Source: Puniceicoccaceae bacterium (GTDB lineage: Bacteria; Verrucomicrobiota; Verrucomicrobiia; Opitutales; Oceanipulchritudinaceae). From it: DNA of 64,000 nucleotides. The notes below the pieces were generated by a model. It had not been told where the DNA came from. It saw only the letters and a list, made by a program, of their open reading frames with translations, and did no database searches. The number at the start of each line of letters is the position of its first letter. The stretch's first letter is position 1. Shown one piece after another: positions 19,434 through 29,485 of this stretch. The position numbers were made by a program, and so were the translations under genes. The stretch lies in NCBI GenBank assembly GCA_040830765.1, contig JBFOMH010000027.1:1-64000 (forward strand), read 5' to 3'.

Positions 19434-21521
19434 ATGAAAATGAAGAAATTCTCTATTTTATTCGCTCTGATGACCCCGATATTGGCACCAGCTGGAGGGA
19501 TTTTTGACAATCCCATGGAAGACCTCGATTTTGTGTATTCTGAGGAAAAGATTCCCGCATATATTGAGCGTGGCCGGATGACCAAGGCAGAGCGGATCAA
19601 GCATGCCTTCGAAAACGTCACTAGCGAGGGGCTTGAGCAGGCATTCTGCGGGCCATTTGCCGATCTTTGGCTGGGAGAAGACCTGGACGCGGTTAACGCG
19701 ACCCTGTTGCAAGTGTTCACGACCGAGGACGAGGAGCTCCGGGAAAAATACCGCCTGCATGACCACTGGGGACTGGCGCTGATGCAGCAGTTTTATCACA
19801 TGTATTATGCCTTTGGGCAACAAGGAACCGTGGCTCCCGGCCGGTTGTATCCTGAGACCGAGCGGGCGATGCTGGAGGAGCTGTGGAAACACATGGAATT
19901 CAGGAACGACATCCACCTCGCCCGGAAAAGTACATGGTGGATGATTGGCAGCGAGAACCATGACCTGGAGTCAAAAGTCGGCGCATTGTTATCTTCCCAA
20001 ATCTTCATGAATCATCCGGATTTCAAGGATCGCGTCTATTTGAACCTGGGCACCGGAGGCGGGTACAAGTACTGGTTTCATGGCATGTATGCCGCCACGG
20101 ATTCGGATGGCCCGGAGGGCCGGGCGAAAGAGCAGGACGGAAAAACCTACACGGTTGCGGAGCATTACGAAGCCTGGGTGAAGTATTTCGATGAGTACTT
20201 CACTGAGCGGGCGAAGAAGGGGTTCTTTCTCGAAGTGGCATCTCCCAAGTACATGGTGGTGACGATCACCTACCTGATGGACATATTCGATCTCTGTGAG
20301 GATGAAGCGCTGGCGGAAAAGGCTGGCAACTTCCTCGATATCGTCTGGGCGGACTGGGCCCAGGACCAGATCAACGGGGTCCGTGGTGGCGGCAAGACAC
20401 GCGCCACCGCCGCCCGGCAGTGGGACGATGGCATGTACAAGATGGCGCGTTTCTATTTCGGCGGCAAGGGCAGCGCACAGTCGAATTATTTTCCCTTGTT
20501 GCTGAGTAAGTATGAATTGAAGCCCATCATCTGGCACCTTGCGCTCGACCGCGAGGGACTCGGCGAGTTCGCCTTTGCCTCCCGTCGACCGGGTGAGGAA
20601 GAGAACATATGGCCACGTCCCAAGGGGACGGAGCGCACCATGCTCTGCGATACGGAATCCCGGCTGCTTCGCTACAGTTGGGTGACCCCTGATTATATCC
20701 TCGGCGGCCAAATGGACCACCCGGCGGCCGTGCACAGTCACCTGAGCAACCAGGCCCGCTGGCAGGGCATTACCTTCAAGGGCGCCAATGGTCCCAGAGT
20801 TTACCCGACAGATGTGGCCAAGGACCGGATGTTCAAGAACCCGGGAGGATTCTGCCGGCTAGTCCAGCATGAGAACGTCATGATCGTCCAGCAGAGCCGG
20901 CGCTGGTTCCAGATGAATCCGGATTGGTTCCCGGCCAAGGACATCATGAGCCTGGACTATGGAATATATTTTGGAGACAATCTCGACCGGATTGAGGAGA
21001 AAGCTGGATGGATCTTTGTTGAGCATGGCGATGCCTTCCTTGCCGTGCGTCCGGTCATGGGTGAATTTGCGGACGGCTGGTCAATGCGGGTGGAAACCTA
21101 TGAAGCGGAGAAGTCCAGTTCGGCCCTGACCAGCCAGATTATAGAGGACAGCTACGAATGGAGCCCCGAACGGGATATGATCATCCTTGATTACAAGTAC
21201 TCGGGAATGATTTTCGAGGCCTCACGCCGGGCGCACCATGCCACGCTGGAGGACTTCATGGAGGATATCCTCGATAATTTCATCGTTCTCGACCAGACAG
21301 TGGTTCCCGGCTACCATGTCTTGCGCTACCGTGGCTGCGGGGATTCGGCGAAGGAGATCACCTTTAACCTGTCCAATAACGAGATACCCATGCTTGACGG
21401 CGTGAGTATTGATTATGCACCGGAGCTCCTCTTCGATAGCCCGTACTTGAAATCTGTATACAAATCCGGAATTGTTGAAATCACCAAAGGTGACCATTAC
21501 CGTGTCCTCGATTTTAATTAG
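19434..21521 (+). CDS. Secreted SENH-family protein, paralog 5 (close relative of paralog 2)
   Basis: MKMKKF signal peptide; GSENHDL, GFFLEVASPKY, VHSHLSNQARWQG. Confidence 0.6.
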   Translation: MKMKKFSILFALMTPILAPAGGIFDNPMEDLDFVYSEEKIPAYIERGRMTKAERIKHAFENVTSEGLEQAFCGPFADLWLGEDLDAVNATLLQVFTTEDEELREKYRLHDHWGLALMQQFYHMYYAFGQQGTVAPGRLYPETERAMLEELWKHMEFRNDIHLARKSTWWMIGSENHDLESKVGALLSSQIFMNHPDFKDRVYLNLGTGGGYKYWFHGMYAATDSDGPEGRAKEQDGKTYTVAEHYEAWVKYFDEYFTERAKKGFFLEVASPKYMVVTITYLMDIFDLCEDEALAEKAGNFLDIVWADWAQDQINGVRGGGKTRATAARQWDDGMYKMARFYFGGKGSAQSNYFPLLLSKYELKPIIWHLALDREGLGEFAFASRRPGEEENIWPRPKGTERTMLCDTESRLLRYSWVTPDYILGGQMDHPAAVHSHLSNQARWQGITFKGANGPRVYPTDVAKDRMFKNPGGFCRLVQHENVMIVQQSRRWFQMNPDWFPAKDIMSLDYGIYFGDNLDRIEEKAGWIFVEHGDAFLAVRPVMGEFADGWSMRVETYEAEKSSSALTSQIIEDSYEWSPERDMIILDYKYSGMIFEASRRAHHATLEDFMEDILDNFIVLDQTVVPGYHVLRYRGCGDSAKEITFNLSNNEIPMLDGVSIDYAPELLFDSPYLKSVYKSGIVEITKGDHYRVLDFN

Positions 21522-21527
21522 CACTAA

Positions 21528-24176
21528 ATGAAAAGATTTAAGTTCAACCAACGCCTGGTTTACCTGCTTTCAGGCACTTTAGGCCTGACCCCCTTCGCTC
21601 TTCAGGGTGCAGAGCCGAGGTACCTCGACAACTATGAAGAGGAGGCCCGCTTGTTCGGAACCGCATCCGGCAAGCAACATATTGACCACGACCTGGCAGA
21701 ACGTATCCGGGCACCTTATTACTTTGTCGATGGACACAAGGCCTATCGCGGCAAGGGATTCAGTTATGATTTTGAAGACAAAAGGGTCGGGGACTTTTGT
21801 ATCACCTTTGCTACTGAATTTTCTGAGGATGCGGAACGGTTTGGTTTCATGACCAGCTTGTGGGGACTCTACCCGGAACTGGATGAGGACTTTCGCCTGA
21901 AACTCTTCCTGAAGACGGTTGGTGTTGCCGAGGCCATCGGCCCAGTGGACGTAACCCTGGTGGATCAGGAAGGACAAAAGGCAGAAGGAGTGTTGCAGGC
22001 ACTTGAGCCCCATAGTGACTGGCAAGCTGTTGAACTTTCACTCCGTGACCTGGAAAGGGAGGCTGCCTTTGACTTTAAAGCGGTTAAGCTGTGCGAGTTT
22101 GCAATCCCGGAATCCTTGGCAGGAGCGACCCTCAAGCTTGATTTCGTCCGCTTTGAAAACAGCGAAGGATCAGTCATCGGTATTACCGACAAGACCATCG
22201 ATCAGAGGATTTCCGAGCAGCGGGCGACAAAGGAAACGCGCACTCAAAAGGCCTTTGAGCTATCGGCTGAGAAAGCTCACGAGCCGATCATCAGTGCCTT
22301 TGCAATGCTTTACCTGAATCAGGATGTTGCGGAAGCGAACCAGATCATCCGGGAAGACTGCAAGCGGATGGGGGCCACGGACAAGTGGAGCCTCATGCGG
22401 ACGCCCATGTATTGCCGGCTCTACCTGTGGTTTTCCAGCCGTTCCACCCGGATGCCGGGTCGTCTTGAGGAAGCAACCGAGAAGTTGCTTCTGGAAACGC
22501 TCTGGGAGCGGACGAAATTAAAGAACGACATCCACTGGGCGCGTCAAAGCACATGGATCCTTGATGGCAGTGAAAACCATGACCTCAATGCCAAGGCCAG
22601 CAACTTGGTCAGCTCCCGCATTTTCATGAACGAACCGGCCTACAAGGACCGCGCATTCCCAAACCTCGGATTTGGCGGTGCCTATCATTACGGCGGGTCC
22701 GGATACTATGGAAAGGGCGTGGATCCCAAGGACCGCCAGGGTGGGGGTAGGGCCAACCTTAGTGATGGCAAACCATACACAGCCAAGGACCACTACGCTG
22801 CCTGGCTTGGCTACATGAAGGAGTACTTCCGCGAGCGGGCGCGGCATGGCTTCTTTCTGGAGAACTCGTCGCACACTTACAGCAAGCACAGCATGAACAT
22901 GATCGATCTGGCCTATGCTTATTCCGGCGACGAAGAGCTGAGAGGGATCATTGATGACTTCCTGACCCTCTACTGGGCGGATTGGGTGCAGACGGGTATT
23001 GCCGGTATCTCCGGCGGACCGAAGACCCGTCACCACAAGACGGTTGGAGGTTATGGCAGCAACAAGGGCATGATTAGCCACTTAATCGGTGGTCCGGCAG
23101 ACGGGGGAATATGGTCCTACTGGTCGAGTATCAACGGCTATGAAATGCCCAAAGTCGTGCAGATGATGGCCCTGGATCGCGAAGGTATGGGCGACTTCGT
23201 CTATCAGGCACGTGGAATTGGTGAGGCCGAGGCAGAACAGCCACGACCATTTGGCACCGAGCGAAGTCTGGTCATTGAGCCTGAATCCAGATTCCGCAAA
23301 TATTCCTACGTCACTCCGCATTATACCTTGTCCACCCAGATGGATCACCCATGGGCGGTCCATTCGCACTTGAGCAAGGCCGGACGCTGGCACGGAATGA
23401 CGGTTACCCGGGATGTGAATACACGAATTGTTCCGGTTACGCTCCCCATCGAGCCGGATTTCCGGGGAAATAAAGCGCCCTATGCGATGGAATGTGTCTA
23501 CAAGGCATTCCAGCACAACAACACCCTCATCATCCAGCGAAGCCGTGCCTTCAATGAAGTAAATCCCGATTGGTTTCCGCTCTACCGGCAACGCACCGAC
23601 CAGGGCGTCTACATCGGCAATGCCTGGGATGAGCGCCTTGAGAAGGATGGATGGATCTTCCTCCGCAAGGGTGGGGTATATGCTGCCCTTCGTGTCGTGC
23701 TTTGGGACGAAAAGTACGAGAAAGAGAAAGCCAAAAAAGCAGCGCCGGGTAATCAACGGCATTTCAACAAACCCGAGGACGATCCGACTGTGAAGCTGAA
23801 GGATCTGCCGTACTCCTTCAATGAGGATGGTTCAATTGTCGTGTTGGAGCACCTCTATTCGCCGGTCATCATGCAGGCTGGGGATGAGGGGCAGTTTGGC
23901 AGCTTCGAGGATTTCCAGGACAGCGTTCTGGGTGCTGAAATTGCGCTCTATAAGACGGTGGTTCCCTCCTTCAACATACTGGTGTTCAATACACCGGGAA
24001 CGGAACCGGCGGAAATGGTCTTCAACGCCGCCAATAATGAAATCCCCATGCTCAACGGCGAGTACATCGAATACGCCTGGCCAAAGACCTTCGACAGCCC
24101 GTTTATCCAGTCCATGTACAAGAGCACCCACATCCGGATCGTCTATGGTGGTGAAGTACTTGAACTTGATTTCTAA
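21528..24176 (+). CDS. Secreted SENH-family protein, paralog 6 (N-terminal CBM-like module + putative lyase)
   Basis: 882 aa; GSENHDL, GFFLENSSHTY, VHSHLS; N-terminal module resembles that of paralog 3. Confidence 0.6.
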   Translation: MKRFKFNQRLVYLLSGTLGLTPFALQGAEPRYLDNYEEEARLFGTASGKQHIDHDLAERIRAPYYFVDGHKAYRGKGFSYDFEDKRVGDFCITFATEFSEDAERFGFMTSLWGLYPELDEDFRLKLFLKTVGVAEAIGPVDVTLVDQEGQKAEGVLQALEPHSDWQAVELSLRDLEREAAFDFKAVKLCEFAIPESLAGATLKLDFVRFENSEGSVIGITDKTIDQRISEQRATKETRTQKAFELSAEKAHEPIISAFAMLYLNQDVAEANQIIREDCKRMGATDKWSLMRTPMYCRLYLWFSSRSTRMPGRLEEATEKLLLETLWERTKLKNDIHWARQSTWILDGSENHDLNAKASNLVSSRIFMNEPAYKDRAFPNLGFGGAYHYGGSGYYGKGVDPKDRQGGGRANLSDGKPYTAKDHYAAWLGYMKEYFRERARHGFFLENSSHTYSKHSMNMIDLAYAYSGDEELRGIIDDFLTLYWADWVQTGIAGISGGPKTRHHKTVGGYGSNKGMISHLIGGPADGGIWSYWSSINGYEMPKVVQMMALDREGMGDFVYQARGIGEAEAEQPRPFGTERSLVIEPESRFRKYSYVTPHYTLSTQMDHPWAVHSHLSKAGRWHGMTVTRDVNTRIVPVTLPIEPDFRGNKAPYAMECVYKAFQHNNTLIIQRSRAFNEVNPDWFPLYRQRTDQGVYIGNAWDERLEKDGWIFLRKGGVYAALRVVLWDEKYEKEKAKKAAPGNQRHFNKPEDDPTVKLKDLPYSFNEDGSIVVLEHLYSPVIMQAGDEGQFGSFEDFQDSVLGAEIALYKTVVPSFNILVFNTPGTEPAEMVFNAANNEIPMLNGEYIEYAWPKTFDSPFIQSMYKSTHIRIVYGGEVLELDF

Positions 24177-24204
24177 TTAACCCCATTTGATCGGAACGCC
24201 AGGT

Positions 24205-26079
24205 ATGAATCCAAAGTCAGTCTTTCCCCTTCTTGCGTCTCTCTTGCTGCACTGCAGTATCATGAGTATTGCTTCAGCTGCTCCGGAGGTCGTTATTTTC
24301 CAACTCGCCGCCAAGGATCTGGCAGGATTTGAGCGGAACGCCGCAACCGCGAAGGAACTTGGGGCAACGCACATGGACATCAGTATGAACCTGCCTCCTG
24401 CCACCTGGCAGATGGATCCCCCTGATGATCCCTATCCGGCATGGTATGTTGGGCAGATTGACTTTCTCAAGGCTTTTCCGCCCCCGGAGCTGGAGAAACA
24501 TGTTGATATGGATCACGCCCGGGAAGTTGCGGAAATCTTGACCGCGCGCTGTAAGATCCTCCGCAAGCATGGGCTAAAGGCCTTTTGGAAAGCGAATACG
24601 CCGCAGGTTTTACCAGAGTCTTTCTTCACAGACCATCCCCACTTGCGTGGACCGCGTGTTGACCAGCCGAATCGCGCCCGTGTCGCCCGGTTTGCCCCCT
24701 GCATGGATAAGGAAGAGTCCCTGCGCCTCTACCGGGACAGCTTGCTAAGGTTTCTTGAGGCCTGTCCGGAGGTCGAGATCATGAGCTTCCTGACAACGGA
24801 TTCCGGGTCCGGCTTTTGCTGGGTGCCGGGCCTCTACCCGGGAGCAAACGGACCTGCCTGGTGTGAGCATCGATCAATGGCCGACCGGGTTGCCGGATTT
24901 CTCACCAATCTCCAGGATGGTGCGCGGGAGAGGGGGCATGAATTGCAGGTGAATATCCACCAAATTTCTCCCCGGCAATGGATGCGGCCATCCTTTCCAG
25001 AGCCCATGGAAACCGTTCGCCGGCTGCCCGAGGGATTGGCACTGAATGGCCTTGAGGGACCCGATGGCAAGAAGTTCATCAAGGCTGCCGGTGCTTCCGG
25101 ATGGAGAGCATCATTTTATCCCATTGTTGGAATTGTTGTTCCCGGTCTGAATCCCCCTTCCCAGGAGCAGAAATCCTCCAGGCTCCTGATGAGTTTTGGA
25201 GACTTCCACGCCCAGGAGACTAATCTGCGACTCTATAACAAGACGAGACTTGCCGAAGCTGATTCAAGCCTGCTCGAGCGTTACACCTCATTACATCAAT
25301 TTGCTATTGATGAAGTCGGGGAAGAGCTGGCTGACGAGGTTCTGGAAATGTGGAGAGACTTGAACACGGTCCTAATCCGTCTGGATGCGATGAACTTTGG
25401 TCCGGTCCTGAGGATGGGGCATCTTCTGGCCCGCTGGATTAACCGCCCCATGGTGCCCTTCCCGGAGGAGCTGACACCTGAAGAAACAAGCTACTATCGC
25501 CCTTATCTTTTCCAAGCAAAGGGGGAGGAGCAGGCCAACAACCTGATTGATATCCAGGCCATGCGGATGTTTGAAGGCTGGGGGGCCAAAATGCTCGTTC
25601 AACGCGTCATGGAAAGGACCATTCCGGATGTCCAAAATGCAACTCTGACAGCTAGAAAGGTCAGTGCGCACTTGCAGGATGAAAACAAGAAGAAGGAGTG
25701 GAGGATACTCTCCCAGCGGCTGGAAGCCCTTGAGTGCCTGCTTGTTTCAGCTGACAACATGATTGCCTACCAGGCCTACCTGGATCGGGCCAAGGCATTG
25801 GCAGTTGCCCCGGAAGCTAATCCGCCACTCGGTGCGGAGAACAGTTGGGACCGCCGGGATATCATGCAAATAGCCCGTGATGAAATCGACAATGCATTGC
25901 GTCTTCGCACGATTCTTCTCAGCAGCGAGGCCCCGATCCTCGACATGGCTGCCGAAGAGGAGGATGAATCGATCATGCTTCTCAGCCCGGCTTTGGCCGA
26001 CCAGCTCAAGCTGAAGATCGACATCATGAACGCCCATTGGAGGGACTATGACCGGCTCTACACCGTCCCCAATCCATGA
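24205..26079 (+). CDS. Secreted hypothetical protein, possible (beta/alpha)8 carbohydrate-active enzyme
   Basis: Long ORF with signal peptide, in operon; alternating alpha/beta N-half, helical C-half; no family recognised. Confidence 0.5.
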   Translation: MNPKSVFPLLASLLLHCSIMSIASAAPEVVIFQLAAKDLAGFERNAATAKELGATHMDISMNLPPATWQMDPPDDPYPAWYVGQIDFLKAFPPPELEKHVDMDHAREVAEILTARCKILRKHGLKAFWKANTPQVLPESFFTDHPHLRGPRVDQPNRARVARFAPCMDKEESLRLYRDSLLRFLEACPEVEIMSFLTTDSGSGFCWVPGLYPGANGPAWCEHRSMADRVAGFLTNLQDGARERGHELQVNIHQISPRQWMRPSFPEPMETVRRLPEGLALNGLEGPDGKKFIKAAGASGWRASFYPIVGIVVPGLNPPSQEQKSSRLLMSFGDFHAQETNLRLYNKTRLAEADSSLLERYTSLHQFAIDEVGEELADEVLEMWRDLNTVLIRLDAMNFGPVLRMGHLLARWINRPMVPFPEELTPEETSYYRPYLFQAKGEEQANNLIDIQAMRMFEGWGAKMLVQRVMERTIPDVQNATLTARKVSAHLQDENKKKEWRILSQRLEALECLLVSADNMIAYQAYLDRAKALAVAPEANPPLGAENSWDRRDIMQIARDEIDNALRLRTILLSSEAPILDMAAEEEDESIMLLSPALADQLKLKIDIMNAHWRDYDRLYTVPNP

Positions 26080-26139
26080 GTTCAACCATCAACATTTGAT
26101 CCCCATTGAATTTACGAATAAACCCTGAATGGAAACGCA

Positions 26140-27138
26140 ATGAAGACACTGAAAGTTGTGAGCATCGGAGGCTTCGGCCATTCCGTATTTGTTTTTGATG
26201 ACATGCTTGGCATGAAGGAAGCCGAATTGATTGGCTTGGCCCCTGCATTCCCGGGTGAGGACATCAGCTTTTTCACGAGTCATGAGCTCTGTGGAGAAGT
26301 TCCGGTTTATGACGACTATCCGGGCATGCTGGAAAAACTGAATCCGGATGTAGCGGTCATCAGTACGCGACTGGATATCATTCCGGAAGTCATCATGGCT
26401 GCAGCTGATGCGGGTTGTCATATAATTGCGGAGAAGCCACTCGCCCTGGATATGGATACCCTGGAAAGGGTTCGTGAGTCAGTCGACAGGAATGGCGTCA
26501 AACTGACGGCGATGCTCTCCATGCGCAGCGAGCCCCAGTTTATCGCTGCGAAAGATCTCTACGACAGTGGCGTGATCGGTGAGGCGGTACTGGTGAATGG
26601 GCGCAAATCCTACAAATGGGGGAGCCGCGCGGAATGGATGGGAGACAAGGCCAAGTACGGAGGAACCATCCCCTGGGTAGGTATCCATGCCGTTGATTTC
26701 ACGAATTTCATCACCGGGCTGGGATTCACGAAAGTTGCCGCCATGAAGGGTAACTTTTCCCATCCGGAGAGGCCCGCCTGTGAAGACAATTGCACCATGA
26801 TACTGGAACTATCCAACGGCGGCCATGCAACGGTAAGTGTGGACCTGCATCGGCCGGGATCAGGGGGAACCTGGGGTGATGACTGGATCCGCGTTGTCGG
26901 GACCAAGGGAATTATCGAGGCGCGAGGATCTGATTTAACATGTACCGTCCTGGTTGATAGCGAGCTGCCCGTCCCTGTCGAGCTTCCCGGGAAATCGAAG
27001 ATGTTCAGGGATTTCCTGTTAGCGGTTGCAGGGGATGACTCCATCCCAATTCCGCAGGAAGAGTCCTTTATGCTGACCAAGGTATGTTTGTGTGGACAAG
27101 AGTCTGCCGAACAGGGAAGTTTTTTTGAAATCCTCTAA
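26140..27138 (+). CDS. Gfo/Idh/MocA family oxidoreductase
   Basis: Rossmann IGGFGH, HIIAEKPLA, GGTIPWVGIHAVD. Confidence 0.9.
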   Translation: MKTLKVVSIGGFGHSVFVFDDMLGMKEAELIGLAPAFPGEDISFFTSHELCGEVPVYDDYPGMLEKLNPDVAVISTRLDIIPEVIMAAADAGCHIIAEKPLALDMDTLERVRESVDRNGVKLTAMLSMRSEPQFIAAKDLYDSGVIGEAVLVNGRKSYKWGSRAEWMGDKAKYGGTIPWVGIHAVDFTNFITGLGFTKVAAMKGNFSHPERPACEDNCTMILELSNGGHATVSVDLHRPGSGGTWGDDWIRVVGTKGIIEARGSDLTCTVLVDSELPVPVELPGKSKMFRDFLLAVAGDDSIPIPQEESFMLTKVCLCGQESAEQGSFFEIL

Positions 27139-27154
27139 ACGTTTTTATCCCGTG

Positions 27155-28588
27155 ATGAGAAAGCAACTTCTGATAATTCACTCAATTATCCTGTCTGTCG
27201 GACTATATGCGAATGCAAGGCCCAACATAATCCTGATTATCGGCGACGATATCTCGCCGGATTTCAGTTGCTATGGTGGACAGGTGGAGACGCCCCATAT
27301 CGATAAATTGGCCTCAAGCGGCCTGCGTTTTGATAATGCTTACGTCACCGCCAGTTCCTGCAGTCCCAGTCGTTGCAGCATCATTACGGGTCGCTATCCG
27401 CACAACACGGGGGCGCCGGAATTGCACATGGACTTGCCGGAGGGCCAGTTCATGTTTCCCGAGGCACTGAAAAAAGCCGGTTACTACTGTGCCCAGTACG
27501 GAAAATTCCACATGGGAGATTATGCCTTGAATGCCTTCGATGTGGCCCGCGACCTGAGATATCCCGAAGATCCAACCGGGGCTGAAGGGTGGGTGCCCAT
27601 GCTGAAGAATCGTCCCAAGGATAAACCGTTCTTCATGTGGTTTGCGGCATTCGATGCCCACCGCCCGTGGGAGCCGGATCCACTGGAGACGCCCCATGAT
27701 CCGGGGAAAGTGATACTCCCTACCGGGGTGCCGGATACACCGCTTTCACGTCAGGATTATGCCAGCTATTTGGATGAGGTCCGCCGCTTTGACCGCTATG
27801 TTGGTGGGGTGGTGGCTGAGCTGAAGCGACAGGGCGTCTATGACAATACCCTGATTTTTGTCCTGGCGGACAATGGAAGTCCCTTTCCGCGCAACAAAAC
27901 AAGTCTCTATGAAGGCGGGATGAAGACACCCCTTGTCGCGCATTGGCCGAAAGGCAAACTTGCCGACGGGGCTGCTAGTGAGTCCTTGATCAGCACCATC
28001 GATCTGGCCCCGACAATCCTGCAAGTTGCGGGTATTCCTGTTCCCAAGCATGTCCAGGGCAAGAGCATGCTGCCTGTACTTCGCGAGCCGGGTAAGGAAA
28101 TCCGCGAGGCCCTCTATGGCGAACGGAACTGGCACGTGCAAATCGGTGTTAGCCGGATGCTCCGCAAAGGGCATTTTGTCTATTTCCGGGATTTTACTCC
28201 CGGTTTCTACAGTTTCCAGATGGTGGATCACAACAAAGGTGCTTATGCCGAATTGTTGCGATTGAAGGAGGCGGGACAGCTTTCACCGGAGCAGGCGGAA
28301 GTGTTTTCGACAAACCGTCCCGAGGAGTCCCTCTTTAATTTAAAGGAAGATCCCAACCAGCTGCATAACCTTGTCGGAAAGGCAGAATACACAGCGATTA
28401 TTTCGGATATGCGTTCCCTGTTGGCCGACTGGCAGGCGAAAACGGGCGACTCCATCCCGGATATCGATGAGATGACGCCGGACCGGCATGATCGCAAAAC
28501 CTACGAGCGCCTCTACCCGGGAGGACGCCCTCCAACGGGGGTATTGCCGGGGGAAGATGCAGGTGCTGAAAGGATCGGTTATGATTGA
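27155..28588 (+). CDS. Sulfatase (S1; resembles sulfamidase/N-sulfoglucosamine sulfohydrolase-like group)
   Basis: RPNIILIIGDD, SCSPSRCSIITG, GKFH, DAHRPW, DNGSPFPRNKTSLYEGG. Confidence 0.9.
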   Translation: MRKQLLIIHSIILSVGLYANARPNIILIIGDDISPDFSCYGGQVETPHIDKLASSGLRFDNAYVTASSCSPSRCSIITGRYPHNTGAPELHMDLPEGQFMFPEALKKAGYYCAQYGKFHMGDYALNAFDVARDLRYPEDPTGAEGWVPMLKNRPKDKPFFMWFAAFDAHRPWEPDPLETPHDPGKVILPTGVPDTPLSRQDYASYLDEVRRFDRYVGGVVAELKRQGVYDNTLIFVLADNGSPFPRNKTSLYEGGMKTPLVAHWPKGKLADGAASESLISTIDLAPTILQVAGIPVPKHVQGKSMLPVLREPGKEIREALYGERNWHVQIGVSRMLRKGHFVYFRDFTPGFYSFQMVDHNKGAYAELLRLKEAGQLSPEQAEVFSTNRPEESLFNLKEDPNQLHNLVGKAEYTAIISDMRSLLADWQAKTGDSIPDIDEMTPDRHDRKTYERLYPGGRPPTGVLPGEDAGAERIGYD

Positions 28589-29474
28589 CCATATTCCAAA
28601 TTGCTTCGTTCGAATCGTCTCCTCTGTCATTGTATTTATGGCAGCAACACTCAGCCATGCGCTGGAGGTTGATGGATTCGAACCGGATAAGGTGGTCGTC
28701 TATAAGTCCATCGACGGGAAGGATTTGAACCTGCATATTTTTAATCCGAAAAACCATTCGGATTCCGACCAGCGACCCGCGATTGTCTTTTTCTTCGGAG
28801 GGGGATGGAAAGCCGGCTCGCCTTCGCAATTTTACCCCCACTGTGATTACCTCGCTTCCCGGGGAATGGTGGTCATGGCGGCTGAATACCGGGTGGAAAG
28901 CCGGGATGGCACAACACCACAGGAATGCGTCAAGGACGGAAAGTCAGCCATGCGGTGGGTGCGTGCAAATGCTGCCGGGCTCGGTATTGATCCCGAAAGA
29001 ATCCTCGCCGGCGGGGGGTCCGCAGGGGGCCATGTGGCAGCGGCTACAGCCTTGATCGACGACTTCAATGAAGACGGCGAGGATCTCAGCATCAGTCCCC
29101 GGCCGGTGGCCCTGGTCCTGTTCAATCCGGTTTATGACAACGGTCCGGATGGGTATGGTTATGACCGTGTGAAGGACTACTGGGAGTCTATTTCACCGAT
29201 GCATCACATCGACGCCGAGACCCCTCCAGCTATTGTTTTCTTCGGAACCAAGGACAAGTTGGTTCCGGTGGAAACCGCCATTAACTTCAAACGCCTGATG
29301 GAGGGATTTGGCGTCCGGAGTGACCTGCACCTCTATGAAGGGCAGGGGCATGCTTTCTTTAATTTCAGGGATTTGGCGAACTTCGTGAAGACCGTTCATG
29401 AAATGGACCGCTTCCTGGTCTCCCTGGGTTACCTTCCCGAGGAGACAACGCTCTTTGCGGAGGAAGCGAAGTAG
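28581..29474 (+). CDS. Alpha/beta hydrolase, HSL-like (BD-FAE/acetylxylan esterase-like)
   Basis: FFFGGGW oxyanion motif, GGSAGG nucleophile, GTKDKLVP, GHAFF. Confidence 0.85.
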   Translation: MIDHIPNCFVRIVSSVIVFMAATLSHALEVDGFEPDKVVVYKSIDGKDLNLHIFNPKNHSDSDQRPAIVFFFGGGWKAGSPSQFYPHCDYLASRGMVVMAAEYRVESRDGTTPQECVKDGKSAMRWVRANAAGLGIDPERILAGGGSAGGHVAAATALIDDFNEDGEDLSISPRPVALVLFNPVYDNGPDGYGYDRVKDYWESISPMHHIDAETPPAIVFFGTKDKLVPVETAINFKRLMEGFGVRSDLHLYEGQGHAFFNFRDLANFVKTVHEMDRFLVSLGYLPEETTLFAEEAK

Positions 29475-29485
29475 CATCCACCGAC

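Noticed and set aside
431..24176. Diversity-generating retroelement or recombinational cassette system as the explanation for the paralog array
   Set aside because: No reverse transcriptase or recombinase, and no near-identical nucleotide repeats; the paralogs differ at synonymous sites throughout
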